40,505 nt of DNA from Candidatus Kaiserbacteria bacterium RIFCSPHIGHO2_02_FULL_49_16 (GTDB lineage: Bacteria > Patescibacteriota > Minisyncoccia > Phycocordibacterales > UBA2100), in NCBI GenBank assembly GCA_001781465.1, contig MFLD01000031.1:1-40505 (forward strand), written 5' to 3'. The first letter of the stretch is position 1. Each line of letters begins with the position of its first letter. Positions 1-7,769 of the stretch are shown here, in pieces. Below the pieces are notes generated by a model. The model was not told the DNA's origin. It made no database searches and saw only the letters and a list, made by a program, of their open reading frames with translations. A program made the translations under genes and the position numbers.

Positions 1-80
1 CCCGAAGCGTATCGCAGCTAAGCCGCGTCCTTCATCGCCCTTTAGAGTCAAGGCATCCACCGCACGCCCTTACTCAGAAC
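1..80 (-). rRNA. rrl: 23S rRNA, 5' terminal ~80 nt (gene runs off the left edge of the window)
   Basis: Reverse complement of 1-80 reads GTTCTGAGTAAGGGCGTGCGGTGGATGCCTTGACTCTAAAGGGCGATGAAGGACGCGGCTTAGCTGCGATACGCTTCGGG. This is the conserved bacterial 23S 5' region (GGTGGATGCCTTG ... GCGATGAAGGACG ... CTGCGATA). The 5' end is +-5 nt. No 16S or spacer tRNA within the 500 nt upstream. Confidence 0.85.
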
Positions 81-249
81 TCCCGTCAGGAATTCTGAGA
101 ACCGCGTGTTCTGCCCGCCACATTTTTAATGTGCCGGGACTTTTGTTGCCCATACTGTAGACGATACAGTATGAGTTCCTGCGTTGATGCGGTCTACACC
201 ACACCAACACTTTTGTTTGATTCTTTTGTCGTCAGCGCTCCGCGCGCCG

Positions 250-345
250 ACCGCAGACGCACGCAGACATTACGCAGACTGTCGCAGAAAAAATGCACTG
301 CATTCTTTCCGCGTTCTTCTGCGTTCGTTCCGCGTCATTCCGCGG
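250..345. repeat. Two adjacent 4-unit degenerate tandem tracts with a 10-11 bp period, upstream of the 23S gene
   Basis: CGCAGA(C/A) starts at 252, 262, 273, 283. TTC(C/T)GCG starts at 307, 317, 328, 338. Read directly from the sequence. Confidence 0.8.
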
Positions 346-403
346 TCAGTGCAAAGCACTGACTTGTCGCTCTTCAGTTGTCAACGAGCAACATATGGAC
401 ATC

Positions 404-424
404 AAAAAAACCGCTTGAGAGCGG
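404..424 (-). terminator. Putative intrinsic terminator after the nucleotidyltransferase gene
   Basis: Minus strand reads CCGCT-CTCA-AGCGG followed by TTTTTTT (plus-strand A-run 404-410). The stem is short (5 bp). Confidence 0.5.
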
Positions 425-570
425 CATCGGTTGCGCAGCTTTTAGCTGGCTACCTACGCCACTTTTGAGGGATTTGAAATGATTACCATATGTGCCGAGG
501 AGTATAGCGGACACGGTATTGCATGTCAACCAGTTAAACCGGCATTTTTCGTGGATAACTGGTGTACGGA

Positions 571-1281
571 TTAATCCTCCAGATCTTCGACGGTTTTTTC
601 TGCGTTTTTTAGGTCTTCTGAGTCAGTAATTTGTATCCACGCGTCGGTTTGGACAAGCTCAAGAAGTATTCCAGACGCCCGTGAAGCCGCAAGAACTGTT
701 TGCGGAAGTCCAAACTCTTCAGATCTTTCTTTTGCTTGAACTAGAACCATCTCGTGTCCGAACAATCTGATGTCGAGCGAAAATAAATTTGTTGACACTA
801 AACCCGGAGTGCTATGTTCATCGCTTTCAATGATATCCGCAATATTTCCATTGATGGTTATTATCTTCCCGCCTCCTTGAATTCGCGATGTCTCCATAGC
901 AAACATGAGCCAAGTGTCGCTCTGGCAAGCACGCTTTATGTCATCTTTACTGTACAAATCGTCCCCCATCATCACAATGAATTTCTCCAGCAAGATTTCA
1001 CGGGCGCTCCATAGTGCTCCGGCTGTACCGCAAGCTGGTCCCTGCTCTACATAAGTAATTTTCTTTCCTTTATAGTTGTTTCCAAATCGTTCTCGTATCA
1101 ACCTTCTCAGATATCCGACTACCAAAACTATTTCATCTACTTCATCCGGTAACACATCAAATTTATGCTCGAGAAGAGTTTTGCCCCTTACTTCCAAAAG
1201 CGGCTTCGGGATTTTCTCCGTTAGGCCTTTCATTCTGGTTCCGCGTCCTGCCGCTAAAATAACAGCCTGCATATCTTGCAT
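571..1281 (-). CDS. Sugar-phosphate nucleotidyltransferase (NTP_transferase family)
   Basis: ORF 571..1329. It has the N-terminal loop AVILAAGRGTRM and KPLLEV, typical of glucose-1-P thymidylyl/uridylyltransferase-like enzymes. The track start at 1329 is TTG. The first ATG (MQDMQAVILAAG) at 1281 is preferred. Confidence 0.8.
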   Translation of the reverse strand: MQDMQAVILAAGRGTRMKGLTEKIPKPLLEVRGKTLLEHKFDVLPDEVDEIVLVVGYLRRLIRERFGNNYKGKKITYVEQGPACGTAGALWSAREILLEKFIVMMGDDLYSKDDIKRACQSDTWLMFAMETSRIQGGGKIITINGNIADIIESDEHSTPGLVSTNLFSLDIRLFGHEMVLVQAKERSEEFGLPQTVLAASRASGILLELVQTDAWIQITDSEDLKNAEKTVEDLED

Positions 1282-1353
1282 TGTAGCAAATACAAAACAC
1301 CCCCCTCGTGGGGAGCGTTTGTTTGCCAATATTCTTGGCAGAGAAACACAACG

Positions 1354-2043
1354 CTAATTATTGTGTGAGATTTCTGAACGAACGCGCTCTATAGTGCGAG
1401 CCGCCGCTTCTTTGCCTCCGAGCCCAAATGCCAGGCCGAAAGAAAGAGCGAACGCAACTACAAGTCCTTGGAAGAGCGTCGTGACCAATTCACTTGCGAC
1501 ATTGAGCTGCGTCAAAGCCGCGAGAATGCCGAAAATCCAAATCGCGTATTTGGCGACTGTGCCGGCTAGATTCGCCGCATGCGCGCCAGTAGCGCGAGCA
1601 GAGCCAGCTACCAAATTCTTTACCAGTTCCGCAACTATCGCGGTAATTATCAGAATGATAACCGCGACAATTACCTGCGGGAGGTAAAGGAGCACCACTT
1701 GCTGAAGGAAGGTAATTACTCGATTCAGACCCAGAATGTCGAGGGCCGACATCAAGAACACGATCACTACGAACCACTTGACTAGTGTGGCCAGAAAACG
1801 CCCGATGTCTAGATTGAAGCCCGCGTTTTTTGCCGCTTCGTTGACGCCAGCCGCCCTCAGGGCGTCATCTACGCGCAACACCTTCACTATCTGCTCAACA
1901 ACTCGATACAGAATAATACTGACAACCCAGCCGATTACAAAGACAACAACCGCTATCAAGATATTCGGCAGGTATTGCACGACAACCCACCACAGATTCT
2001 GTAGCGAAGTTTGAACAACGCTTGCTGATTGTGAAACTATCAT
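1354..2043 (-). CDS. Multi-pass membrane protein with repeated conserved TM helices (MscS-N-terminal-like)
   Basis: 229-aa ORF with an ATG start. It has several hydrophobic helices separated by short charged loops (NILIAVVVFVIGWVVSIILYRVVEQIV, VKWFVVIVFLMSALDILG). The family call is from memory only. Confidence 0.55.
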   Translation of the reverse strand: MIVSQSASVVQTSLQNLWWVVVQYLPNILIAVVVFVIGWVVSIILYRVVEQIVKVLRVDDALRAAGVNEAAKNAGFNLDIGRFLATLVKWFVVIVFLMSALDILGLNRVITFLQQVVLLYLPQVIVAVIILIITAIVAELVKNLVAGSARATGAHAANLAGTVAKYAIWIFGILAALTQLNVASELVTTLFQGLVVAFALSFGLAFGLGGKEAAARTIERVRSEISHNN

Positions 2044-2208
2044 ATATTGAATCTTATAAATATTAATAACCTATTAATAATAGATTGTAACGATTTCGAC
2101 CTCGTATAGCGTCAATAGTAACATTGCGAAGAGCCAAATCAGCGCAGAAGATGCCACAGTGTGGATAGCCAAATGAAGGCAATTTTAGGCAGTTTGCAGG
2201 CCGTTTTC

Positions 2209-2339
2209 ACCCCGTTAGAAGTCTGTCTTAAGTGACTATTACGCTTTGTTTCTGACATACTTTGTTTTTTGCCATGTCCCCGCTAATTCAACGCAGAAAA
2301 AATCGCTCAATTTTTTCTGTCAAAGACTTCTAACGGGGT
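2209..2339. mobile_element. Copy E1 of the CCCCGTTAGA inverted-repeat element (intergenic)
   Basis: The 16-bp perfect arms ACCCCGTTAGAAGTCT (2209-2224) and AGACTTCTAACGGGGT (2324-2339) are separated by 99 nt. An inner AT-rich hairpin CAGAAAAAAT/ATTTTTTCTG lies at 2294-2319. The right arm abuts the stop codon of the 2340..2990 gene. Confidence 0.6.
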
Positions 2340-2990
2340 TCACTTAAGAACACCGGCTCGGTCGAGCAGAATCATGTTGGGGTAGTCCAAGATATCGCGA
2401 ATAAGGTGGTCTTGAATAGTAAGCCGATAGGAAAACTCCATGGTTCCAAATGTTGAATACCTTATTTCTCTCCCGTAGAGCGGTTCAAGCGATCTTATGG
2501 CATTTTCAAGGCGATTCTCGTTTAAATTATCGGCGACGACTATCAAATCCACAGGTCTAGTTACATCTCCCATAAAACATCCCGACGCTATAACGACGGA
2601 GAGACGGCCGGTATTTTTCAACACATCTAAAATATGATTGTATCGTATGGGAGAAATCTCGTGAACAAAAGAGGATAGGGCGCGCAGATACTTGAATTCC
2701 GGATCCAGAAACCAAGAATTTTCTTGTTTTGCGCCGTGACTTGTCTTTTTCCCGCGAGCACCTTTCCCCTTCTTTTTCGCTTGGACAACATCTTTTCCCC
2801 TCTTTATGATGCCCAATTTCTCCAGAATTTTAATTTCACGATTCGTTGATTGAGTGCTTAAGCCGGCGCGCTTGGCTAACTGAACAACTGTCAGAGGGTC
2901 CGACTTATCTGATTGATTGAATATGAATACGCGAACCAGCTTAGCTCTCGATTGATTGCCTAGAAATGCGACTAAAAAGTCCTCACCCAT
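2340..2990 (-). CDS. Winged-helix DNA-binding protein with an uncharacterised C-terminal domain
   Basis: 216-aa ORF with an ATG start. It has an N-terminal wHTH-like segment (LTVVQLAKRAGLSTQSTNREIKILEKLGIIKRGK), then a basic linker and a ~110-aa C-terminal domain. Confidence 0.6.
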   Translation of the reverse strand: MGEDFLVAFLGNQSRAKLVRVFIFNQSDKSDPLTVVQLAKRAGLSTQSTNREIKILEKLGIIKRGKDVVQAKKKGKGARGKKTSHGAKQENSWFLDPEFKYLRALSSFVHEISPIRYNHILDVLKNTGRLSVVIASGCFMGDVTRPVDLIVVADNLNENRLENAIRSLEPLYGREIRYSTFGTMEFSYRLTIQDHLIRDILDYPNMILLDRAGVLK

Positions 2991-3092
2991 ATCACCAACT
3001 CTAGCATAAAATGGGGACGATTACATATGCACCTTAGCCGATTCGTAGCTACGAATCGGCATCGCACGCACCTTAGTGCGCGTGACCACGGA

Positions 3093-3114
3093 AAAGTTAC
3101 TTGGGAGTAACTTT
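3093..3114 (-). terminator. Putative terminator downstream of rplL
   Basis: 9-bp stem AAAGTTACT/AGTAACTTT with a 4-nt loop. On the minus strand it runs into TTTTCC. A second 12-bp hairpin (3169-3196, GGTAAGGTTACT/AGTAACCTTACC) overlaps the rplL stop codon. Confidence 0.5.
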
Positions 3115-3175
3115 GAGCCTCGAGTTGCTACTCTCGGCATCTCTCGCGCCTTCGCGCTCGGGACCTACGGTAAGG

Positions 3176-3592
3176 TTACTTCAGAGTAACCTTACCCCCC
3201 GCTGTCTCAATTTTTTTCTTCCATTCCTCCGCTGTTTCCTTCTTTACTCCTTCTTTCAACATAGCGGGAGCGCTCTCTACCAAGTCCTTCGCCTCCTTTA
3301 ATCCAAGCGCGAGAACTTCTTTTACAACTTTGATTACCGCAATTTTCTGGTCTCCGACAGCAGTGAGTTCAACATTGAACTCGCTCTTGTCTTCTCCGGC
3401 CGCCGCCACTCCTCCTTCTGCCGGTCCGGCAACCGCCGCCTGAGCCGAAATGCCGAATTTCTTTTCCAATAATTTTACGAGTTCATTTAACTCCAACACT
3501 GTCATTTGTTCAACCTGCTCAACGAGCGCCTTGAACTTTGCTGGCACTTCCACGGACGCTTCAGTGGCTGGTGTAGTTTGTTCTTCTGTCAT
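3176..3592 (-). CDS. rplL: 50S ribosomal protein L7/L12
   Basis: 138 aa. Ala/Gly-rich hinge and C-terminal [27 protein letters not shown]...AGGKVTLK. Lies directly downstream of rplJ. Confidence 0.95.
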   Translation of the reverse strand: MTEEQTTPATEASVEVPAKFKALVEQVEQMTVLELNELVKLLEKKFGISAQAAVAGPAEGGVAAAGEDKSEFNVELTAVGDQKIAVIKVVKEVLALGLKEAKDLVESAPAMLKEGVKKETAEEWKKKIETAGGKVTLK

Positions 3593-3596
3593 AACG

Positions 3597-3636
3597 AATA
3601 GTTAATAGTTAATAGATAAGTAGTGTGTAGTAAATG
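3597..3636. repeat. 7-nt-period degenerate tandem tract (AATAGTT AATAGTT AATAGAT AAGTAG TGTGTAG TAAATG) between rplJ and rplL
   Basis: Read directly. It lies immediately 5' of the rplL start codon (3592). Confidence 0.75.
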
Positions 3637-3645
3637 CAAATGCTT

Positions 3646-4149
3646 TTACTGTTTCTTTTCCGAGATTGCACTAAGCGCAATAACAAGTCCGCGCATTGGC
3701 GAACTTATTACATTCACAAACATCCCACGCAATGATTGAAGCGAAGGAATGGTTGCGATTTCACGCATTCTCTCTGCGCCCACAAATTTACCCTCGAAAA
3801 TGCCTCCGAGAATGAAAAGTTTCTCGCCCCCGAACTGTTTCGCAAATTTCCAAACCAGTCGAGCTGGCGTTGTCGGATCGCCGTCCAGAGTTCCGTCGTA
3901 CGCAATCGCAACTTCGCCTCCAAGCGGGATGTCTTTGTGCTCCAAACCAAGTTTGTCCAGAGCCCTCCGGATGAGCGTCTTCTTCGCAACTGTGTAAGAA
4001 ACTCCGTCTGCTCGAAAATTTCTTCGCATCGCAGATTCCTCTGCGACGGTAATCTTCGTAAAGTGTACGAGAACAGCCGATGAGGCGCTCTTAAGCGCTT
4101 TCTCCAACTTGTCGATAATTTGTCCCTTCTGTTCTTTTGTTTTCGCCAT
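3646..4149 (-). CDS. rplJ: 50S ribosomal protein L10
   Basis: 167 aa with an L10-like N-terminus (KEQKGQIIDKLEKALKSASSAVLVHFTKITV) and the conserved rplJ-rplL order. Confidence 0.9.
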   Translation of the reverse strand: MAKTKEQKGQIIDKLEKALKSASSAVLVHFTKITVAEESAMRRNFRADGVSYTVAKKTLIRRALDKLGLEHKDIPLGGEVAIAYDGTLDGDPTTPARLVWKFAKQFGGEKLFILGGIFEGKFVGAERMREIATIPSLQSLRGMFVNVISSPMRGLVIALSAISEKKQ

Positions 4150-4380
4150 CTTAGAGATTCTTAATGAGCGTAGCGAATTTAGAAGCTCTTAGACCCCTCC
4201 CCAATTTAGCATCACACAAACCAATCCCAATTTCTATATTCTGTCGAGACTGTCTCAACCAACATGCAAGATTATAACTTTGGAACGGATGCGAAATTGG
4301 TGAGGGGTAAGAAAACCCGCTGCTCATATTTTTTAACAAGGCACTCGAGAGTTTCGACCTCGGCAAGCCTGACAAGAACA

Positions 4381-4450
4381 GGTTCTAGGTTCTAGGGGCT
4401 AGGTTCTAGGAGAATTCCCTGACACCTGGTCCCTGAAACCTGTCACCTGT
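4381..4450. repeat. Two abutting degenerate tandem tracts: GGTTCTAGG-type (4381-4410) and CCTG(A/T)CACCTG-type (4417-4450)
   Basis: ggttctaggttctaggggctaggttctagg, then ccctgacacctggtccctgaaacctgtcacctgt. They lie in the long untranslated region upstream of rplJ. Confidence 0.75.
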
Positions 4451-4530
4451 TCAACGCTCGCTGTCTCTAGCCTTACGCGTAGCATTCTACCCATTTCACG
4501 CATTGAGTCAATGCGCCAGATCTTCTTCAA

Positions 4531-4554
4531 GCTACAAGCTACCGGCTACAAGCT
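4531..4554. repeat. Dispersed 24-mer GCTACAAGCTACCGGCTACAAGCT (7-nt period), copy 1
   Basis: Identical 24-mer at 9243-9266. A variant lies at 7741-7769 and an inverted variant at 7677-7703. Confidence 0.85.
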
Positions 4555-4560
4555 CTACTC

Positions 4561-4719
4561 CTATTGCCTATCCTGTACCCACGAACCAACCGACGCGGTT
4601 TGTGTTGAATCAGTTGAATCAATCGATGAGGTGTATTTGTCTATCGTCACAGTAATCGCAAGACTTATCACGATAAAAGCGAGGAAGCCGAAAGTGAAGC
4701 GAAAGAATGAGCTTGTCAT
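4561..4719 (-). CDS. Candidate 52-aa single-pass membrane peptide (below the ORF-track cutoff)
   Basis: ATG at 4719. MTSSFFRFTFGFLAFIVISLAITVTIDKYTSSIDSTDSTQTASVGSWVQDRQ has one clear TM helix. It is co-directional with, and downstream of, the 528-aa secreted protein. The overlapping + strand 73-aa ORF looks less protein-like. Confidence 0.3.
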   Translation of the reverse strand: MTSSFFRFTFGFLAFIVISLAITVTIDKYTSSIDSTDSTQTASVGSWVQDRQ

Positions 4720-4775
4720 GTGTGCATTATAAACTACGCACGGCTAGTAGCCAGTTAGCCAGAAAATAACTGTGC

Positions 4776-4815
4776 CTGTCCCCGTTATTCTGCCGTTATT
4801 CTGTCCCCGTTATTC
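4776..4815. repeat. Degenerate tandem tract (TGTC)CCCGTTATTC x3, just 3' of the 528-aa gene
   Basis: cctgtccccgttattc tgccgttattc tgtccccgttattc. CCCCGTTAT is the reverse complement of ATAACGGGG at about 6508-6516 on the other side of the gene. It also shares CCCCGTTA with the E-element arms. Confidence 0.7.
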
Positions 4816-4818
4816 ATA

Positions 4819-6405
4819 TTAGATACTATATTGTTCAGGAGCGTATTCTGTTGGAACGTAACCGGCTGTTTGAAAAACCCCAGAATTTCCATTGTAGTTA
4901 GTATACGTATCTCCATAATTTGGAGCGCCATATTCTCGGACTTGAGGATATTGATAATCCCAATTACTCCAATTATTCCAATTTTGATTTAGTGCTTGTT
5001 GCCAACCAGTTCCGTAGAGCCCCTCTCCGCCAGCATCTTGTTGGAATACTACACTCCTAATACCAACCGTCTCGTTATCATCTGCGGGCACTCCTTGAGA
5101 ATTGACTCTGTAGAATCCTCCTATGTCAGAAGTGGGCGACCCGCTGTCAGCGACATCATTATAATTAGCCCATCGTACTGGTCCTGATCCAGGTGCAGAA
5201 GCGGACTGTCTTGCTTCATCATCGAATGCGACAGCACTGTTATCTTGCCCACTACTGGGCGACCTAGCGCCTGTAATCCAATTGAGTATTGGGCCGATTA
5301 ATGGGATGTCGACGTAATGAACTGGAGGGAGCGGCTCATCGAGACAGTCCCCATTGTACGCAAAGCGCACACATGGTGGTTGGGCAGTAGCCGGGGCGGG
5401 GGCTGGGGCGGGGGCATTACTTGATCCGACAAGTTGTTGACTAGCTTCAGAGCTATACGGTGCCCCCACCTTTGCAACTACAGCATTACTAGGTGTTTCT
5501 GCTGGCAAGACACTATATCCCCACTGAAAATTCGCTTGTTGATTGCAACCAAATTCAGACTGGCTGTTAGCCTGGCAAGCAGTCATAAACTCTGAGCGAG
5601 AACTGAAATCAGACGGATTTAAAGCCGTTTTTCCTGCCTCCACAGTGGTCCATCCACGTTCCGTCTTAACAATGGTCGTGCCATCAAACGCGCTTCCGGC
5701 AGTCACAATTCCTTGCCCCGATGCATTAGCTACAGCTTGCGCGCTACCAGCGACAGGTTCGACATCCCCCGTGAATCTATACCATGGGCTTTGTGAGTTA
5801 TCCACATTCCCGCCACTAATAAAAGGAACATAGGGGCCTTGAGGACCTCCGACTTGTTTGGGTTCTAATAATTTGGGCCCGGGTGCTTCATTTGCTGGGG
5901 CATCGCTTGCTGCAAAAGGATTAATCGATGTTCTATTTTTCAGATAATATGCTTTTTGTGCCACTTCGCCACAGGTCCATCCTTGTTTCGCAGTACAGGG
6001 TGATGAAACGTTTTCATAATACTCTTGAGCTGAAAGATTGGGTGCCCATCCCGGCACGCTTGGATCCCTAGTTACTTGGGCTGGAGCCGTATTTGGGAAT
6101 AATCTTTGTGCTGAGTTAGGTATAGTCGTTATGTCTGAATTTGCTCCCGCTTCTGTGCTGTAAATCATTCCTGAGCCAACTCCAACCACAGGACCTCCAA
6201 TAAAACGTGTAAATGGACTCTTTATTATGTTGCCGATTCTGCTAAACCATGATTCTTCGACAACTGCTCCCCCAGCCCGTTGAAAAGCCCTCAGAGCGTC
6301 GCCCGTAGTAGGAAAATCAGCGCGAGCTGGAATGGGAACGCTAACAAGCGACAGCAATACAAAAAGAATCAAGAGCGATTGGATTGAAAGGCGGGATGAG
6401 GTCAT
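4819..6405 (-). CDS. Secreted low-complexity protein of unknown function
   Basis: 528 aa. It has a signal-peptide-like N-terminus (LLILFVLLSLVSVPIPARA), an APAPAPAPA linker and an N/W/Y/Q-rich C-terminus (NQNWNNWSNWDYQYPQ). I recognise no catalytic motif. Confidence 0.7.
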   Translation of the reverse strand: MTSSRLSIQSLLILFVLLSLVSVPIPARADFPTTGDALRAFQRAGGAVVEESWFSRIGNIIKSPFTRFIGGPVVGVGSGMIYSTEAGANSDITTIPNSAQRLFPNTAPAQVTRDPSVPGWAPNLSAQEYYENVSSPCTAKQGWTCGEVAQKAYYLKNRTSINPFAASDAPANEAPGPKLLEPKQVGGPQGPYVPFISGGNVDNSQSPWYRFTGDVEPVAGSAQAVANASGQGIVTAGSAFDGTTIVKTERGWTTVEAGKTALNPSDFSSRSEFMTACQANSQSEFGCNQQANFQWGYSVLPAETPSNAVVAKVGAPYSSEASQQLVGSSNAPAPAPAPATAQPPCVRFAYNGDCLDEPLPPVHYVDIPLIGPILNWITGARSPSSGQDNSAVAFDDEARQSASAPGSGPVRWANYNDVADSGSPTSDIGGFYRVNSQGVPADDNETVGIRSVVFQQDAGGEGLYGTGWQQALNQNWNNWSNWDYQYPQVREYGAPNYGDTYTNYNGNSGVFQTAGYVPTEYAPEQYSI

Positions 6406-6416
6406 AGGATGGGGAC

Positions 6417-6486
6417 AGGTTTTGGGTTCCAGGTTTTAGGCTTTAGGTCTAATCTACCTCCATACACGATACTCCATACACGATAC
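6417..6486. repeat. Degenerate tandem tracts upstream of the 528-aa gene: GGTT(T/C)(T/C)AGG-type (6417-6449) and CATACACGATAC x2 (6461-6486)
   Basis: aggttttgggttccaggttttaggctttaggtc, then catacacgatactccatacacgatac. Confidence 0.75.
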
Positions 6487-6522
6487 GCGCAACTACAGTG
6501 GGTGGGGATAACGGGGGCGCTC

Positions 6523-6580
6523 AGAGACATGGCCGTTTAAGACGGAGGAATCACTCAAACCGTCTTAAACGGCCATGTCT
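6523..6580. repeat. Perfect 22-bp-stem hairpin (14-nt loop) in a divergent intergenic region
   Basis: GAGACATGGCCGTTTAAGACGG (6523-6544), loop aggaatcactcaaa, CCGTCTTAAACGGCCATGTCTC (6559-6580). Confidence 0.9.
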
Positions 6581-6672
6581 CCTCGCTGAAGATGGAAAAA
6601 GCGTAGTAAACGGGGAGAGTCACCCTTTCCACTTTTTCGCTGACTTTAGGATTGTGGTACTGTTGTGAACAT

Positions 6673-6954
6673 ATGAAGAAGAGAAAAGAGTCTGGATTTG
6701 ACAAACTTGCGCGCCTGATAAAATCGGAGAGTGACGATATTCGGAGTACGATGGCGACTAAGGCAGAGACAGCTACTAAAGCTGACATAGCCAGCATGCG
6801 GAAGGATATGGCGACCAGGGCTGATATTGCGGGAATCATGACAGAGCTTACCGATATTAAACAGCGGCTTAAAGCCGTAGAGGTCGCAGTCGAGAATCAT
6901 GCCGGGTTTAGCAAAGAAATCGACCTCGCGTTTGCACGTATCGCTGTAATTTAG
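6673..6954 (+). CDS. Small coiled-coil protein with a repeated (K/R)ADIA motif
   Basis: The ORF track gives 6652..6954 with a TTG start. The first ATG at 6673 gives MKKRKESGFDKLARLIK...KADIASMRKDMATRADIAGIMTELTDIKQRLKAVE, which looks heptad-like and charged. Confidence 0.5.
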   Translation: MKKRKESGFDKLARLIKSESDDIRSTMATKAETATKADIASMRKDMATRADIAGIMTELTDIKQRLKAVEVAVENHAGFSKEIDLAFARIAVI

Positions 6955-6989
6955 AAACATCTTGGAATCAAACAGAAAGTGCGGGCGTG

Positions 6990-7036
6990 AGTTCCGAGGA
7001 GACACCTTGCACATGCCAAGGAGTCACCTCGGAACT
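6990..7036. terminator. Nested hairpin between convergent genes (coiled-coil ORF and trmD)
   Basis: Outer arms AGTTCCGAGG (6990-6999) and CCTCGGAACT (7027-7036), with an inner CCTTG...CAAGG stem. It overlaps the trmD stop codon. Confidence 0.5.
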
Positions 7037-7676
7037 ATTTCTGCCCTCTCGTTTTCCAGGCGTTGATATTTTTGTGATTGCCGGAGAGGAGTACATTAGG
7101 TACTCGGTACTTTTTGCCTTTCCATACAAGAACTTCCGGGCGGGTATAGACCTCGGGGCTTGAGACGCGGGAGCGCTCTAGGGATTCGGCTTTTCCTAAA
7201 ACTCCGGGAATAAATCTCGCAACGGCGTCAATTACTGTTGCCGCCGGCAGTTCCCCGCCTGTTAAAACATACGGGCCGACAGAAACCGGCTTCGCCCGGA
7301 GGATTTTCTGCACGCGCGCGTCCACTCCCTCGTACCGCCCGCAAATAAGCAGAATGTTCCGTCTTTTGGATAATTTTTTCGCCGCTTTCTCGTCAAACTG
7401 AACTCCATCGGTAGAAAAAAATATCTTATCAAAACCGGTCTTTTTTCCGATGGCCTTTTGCGTTGCGCGCAACATCGCTTCCGGATCCAACACCATTCCC
7501 GGACCTCCGCCATACGGGCGCTGGTCTACTCTTTTGTGTTTCCCTACCGCAAATTTCTTCGGGTCATAAAATGAAATCTTGATTAATTTATCCTCTACAG
7601 CGCGCCCGAGAATCGAGCTCTTGATATACGGCTCGATCGATTCGGGGAATAACGTGATGATGTGAAAATGAAGCAT
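7035..7676 (-). CDS. trmD: tRNA (guanine37-N1)-methyltransferase
   Basis: 213 aa. MLHFHIITLFPESIEPYIKSSILGRA..., PYGGGPGMVL and GRYEGVDARV are classic TrmD motifs. Confidence 0.95.
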   Translation of the reverse strand: MLHFHIITLFPESIEPYIKSSILGRAVEDKLIKISFYDPKKFAVGKHKRVDQRPYGGGPGMVLDPEAMLRATQKAIGKKTGFDKIFFSTDGVQFDEKAAKKLSKRRNILLICGRYEGVDARVQKILRAKPVSVGPYVLTGGELPAATVIDAVARFIPGVLGKAESLERSRVSSPEVYTRPEVLVWKGKKYRVPNVLLSGNHKNINAWKTRGQK

Positions 7677-7769
7677 AGCTCGTAGCTTGTAGCTTGTAGC
7701 CAGAGAAATACGAAAGCAAGAAACGGAGCTTGGGTCTTTTGCTACAAGCTACTGGCTACCGGCTACTGG
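7677..7769. repeat. Inverted pair of GCTACAAGC-type word tracts forming a 12-bp stem
   Basis: GTAGCTTGTAGC (7689-7700) is the reverse complement of GCTACAAGCTAC (7741-7752). Tract B overlaps the 3' end and stop codon of the KH-domain gene. Confidence 0.75.

Noticed and set aside
4151-4375. 74-aa minus-strand ORF directly upstream of rplJ
   Set aside because: It occupies the long rplJ 5' untranslated region and its product looks implausible. The region is more likely an L10-leader-type regulatory RNA, but I could not identify the conserved leader structure by eye, so neither is called.
4511-4732. 73-aa plus-strand ORF
   Set aside because: It begins inside a word-repeat tract and has odd composition. 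The opposite strand encodes a more convincing 52-aa TM peptide, itself only low confidence.
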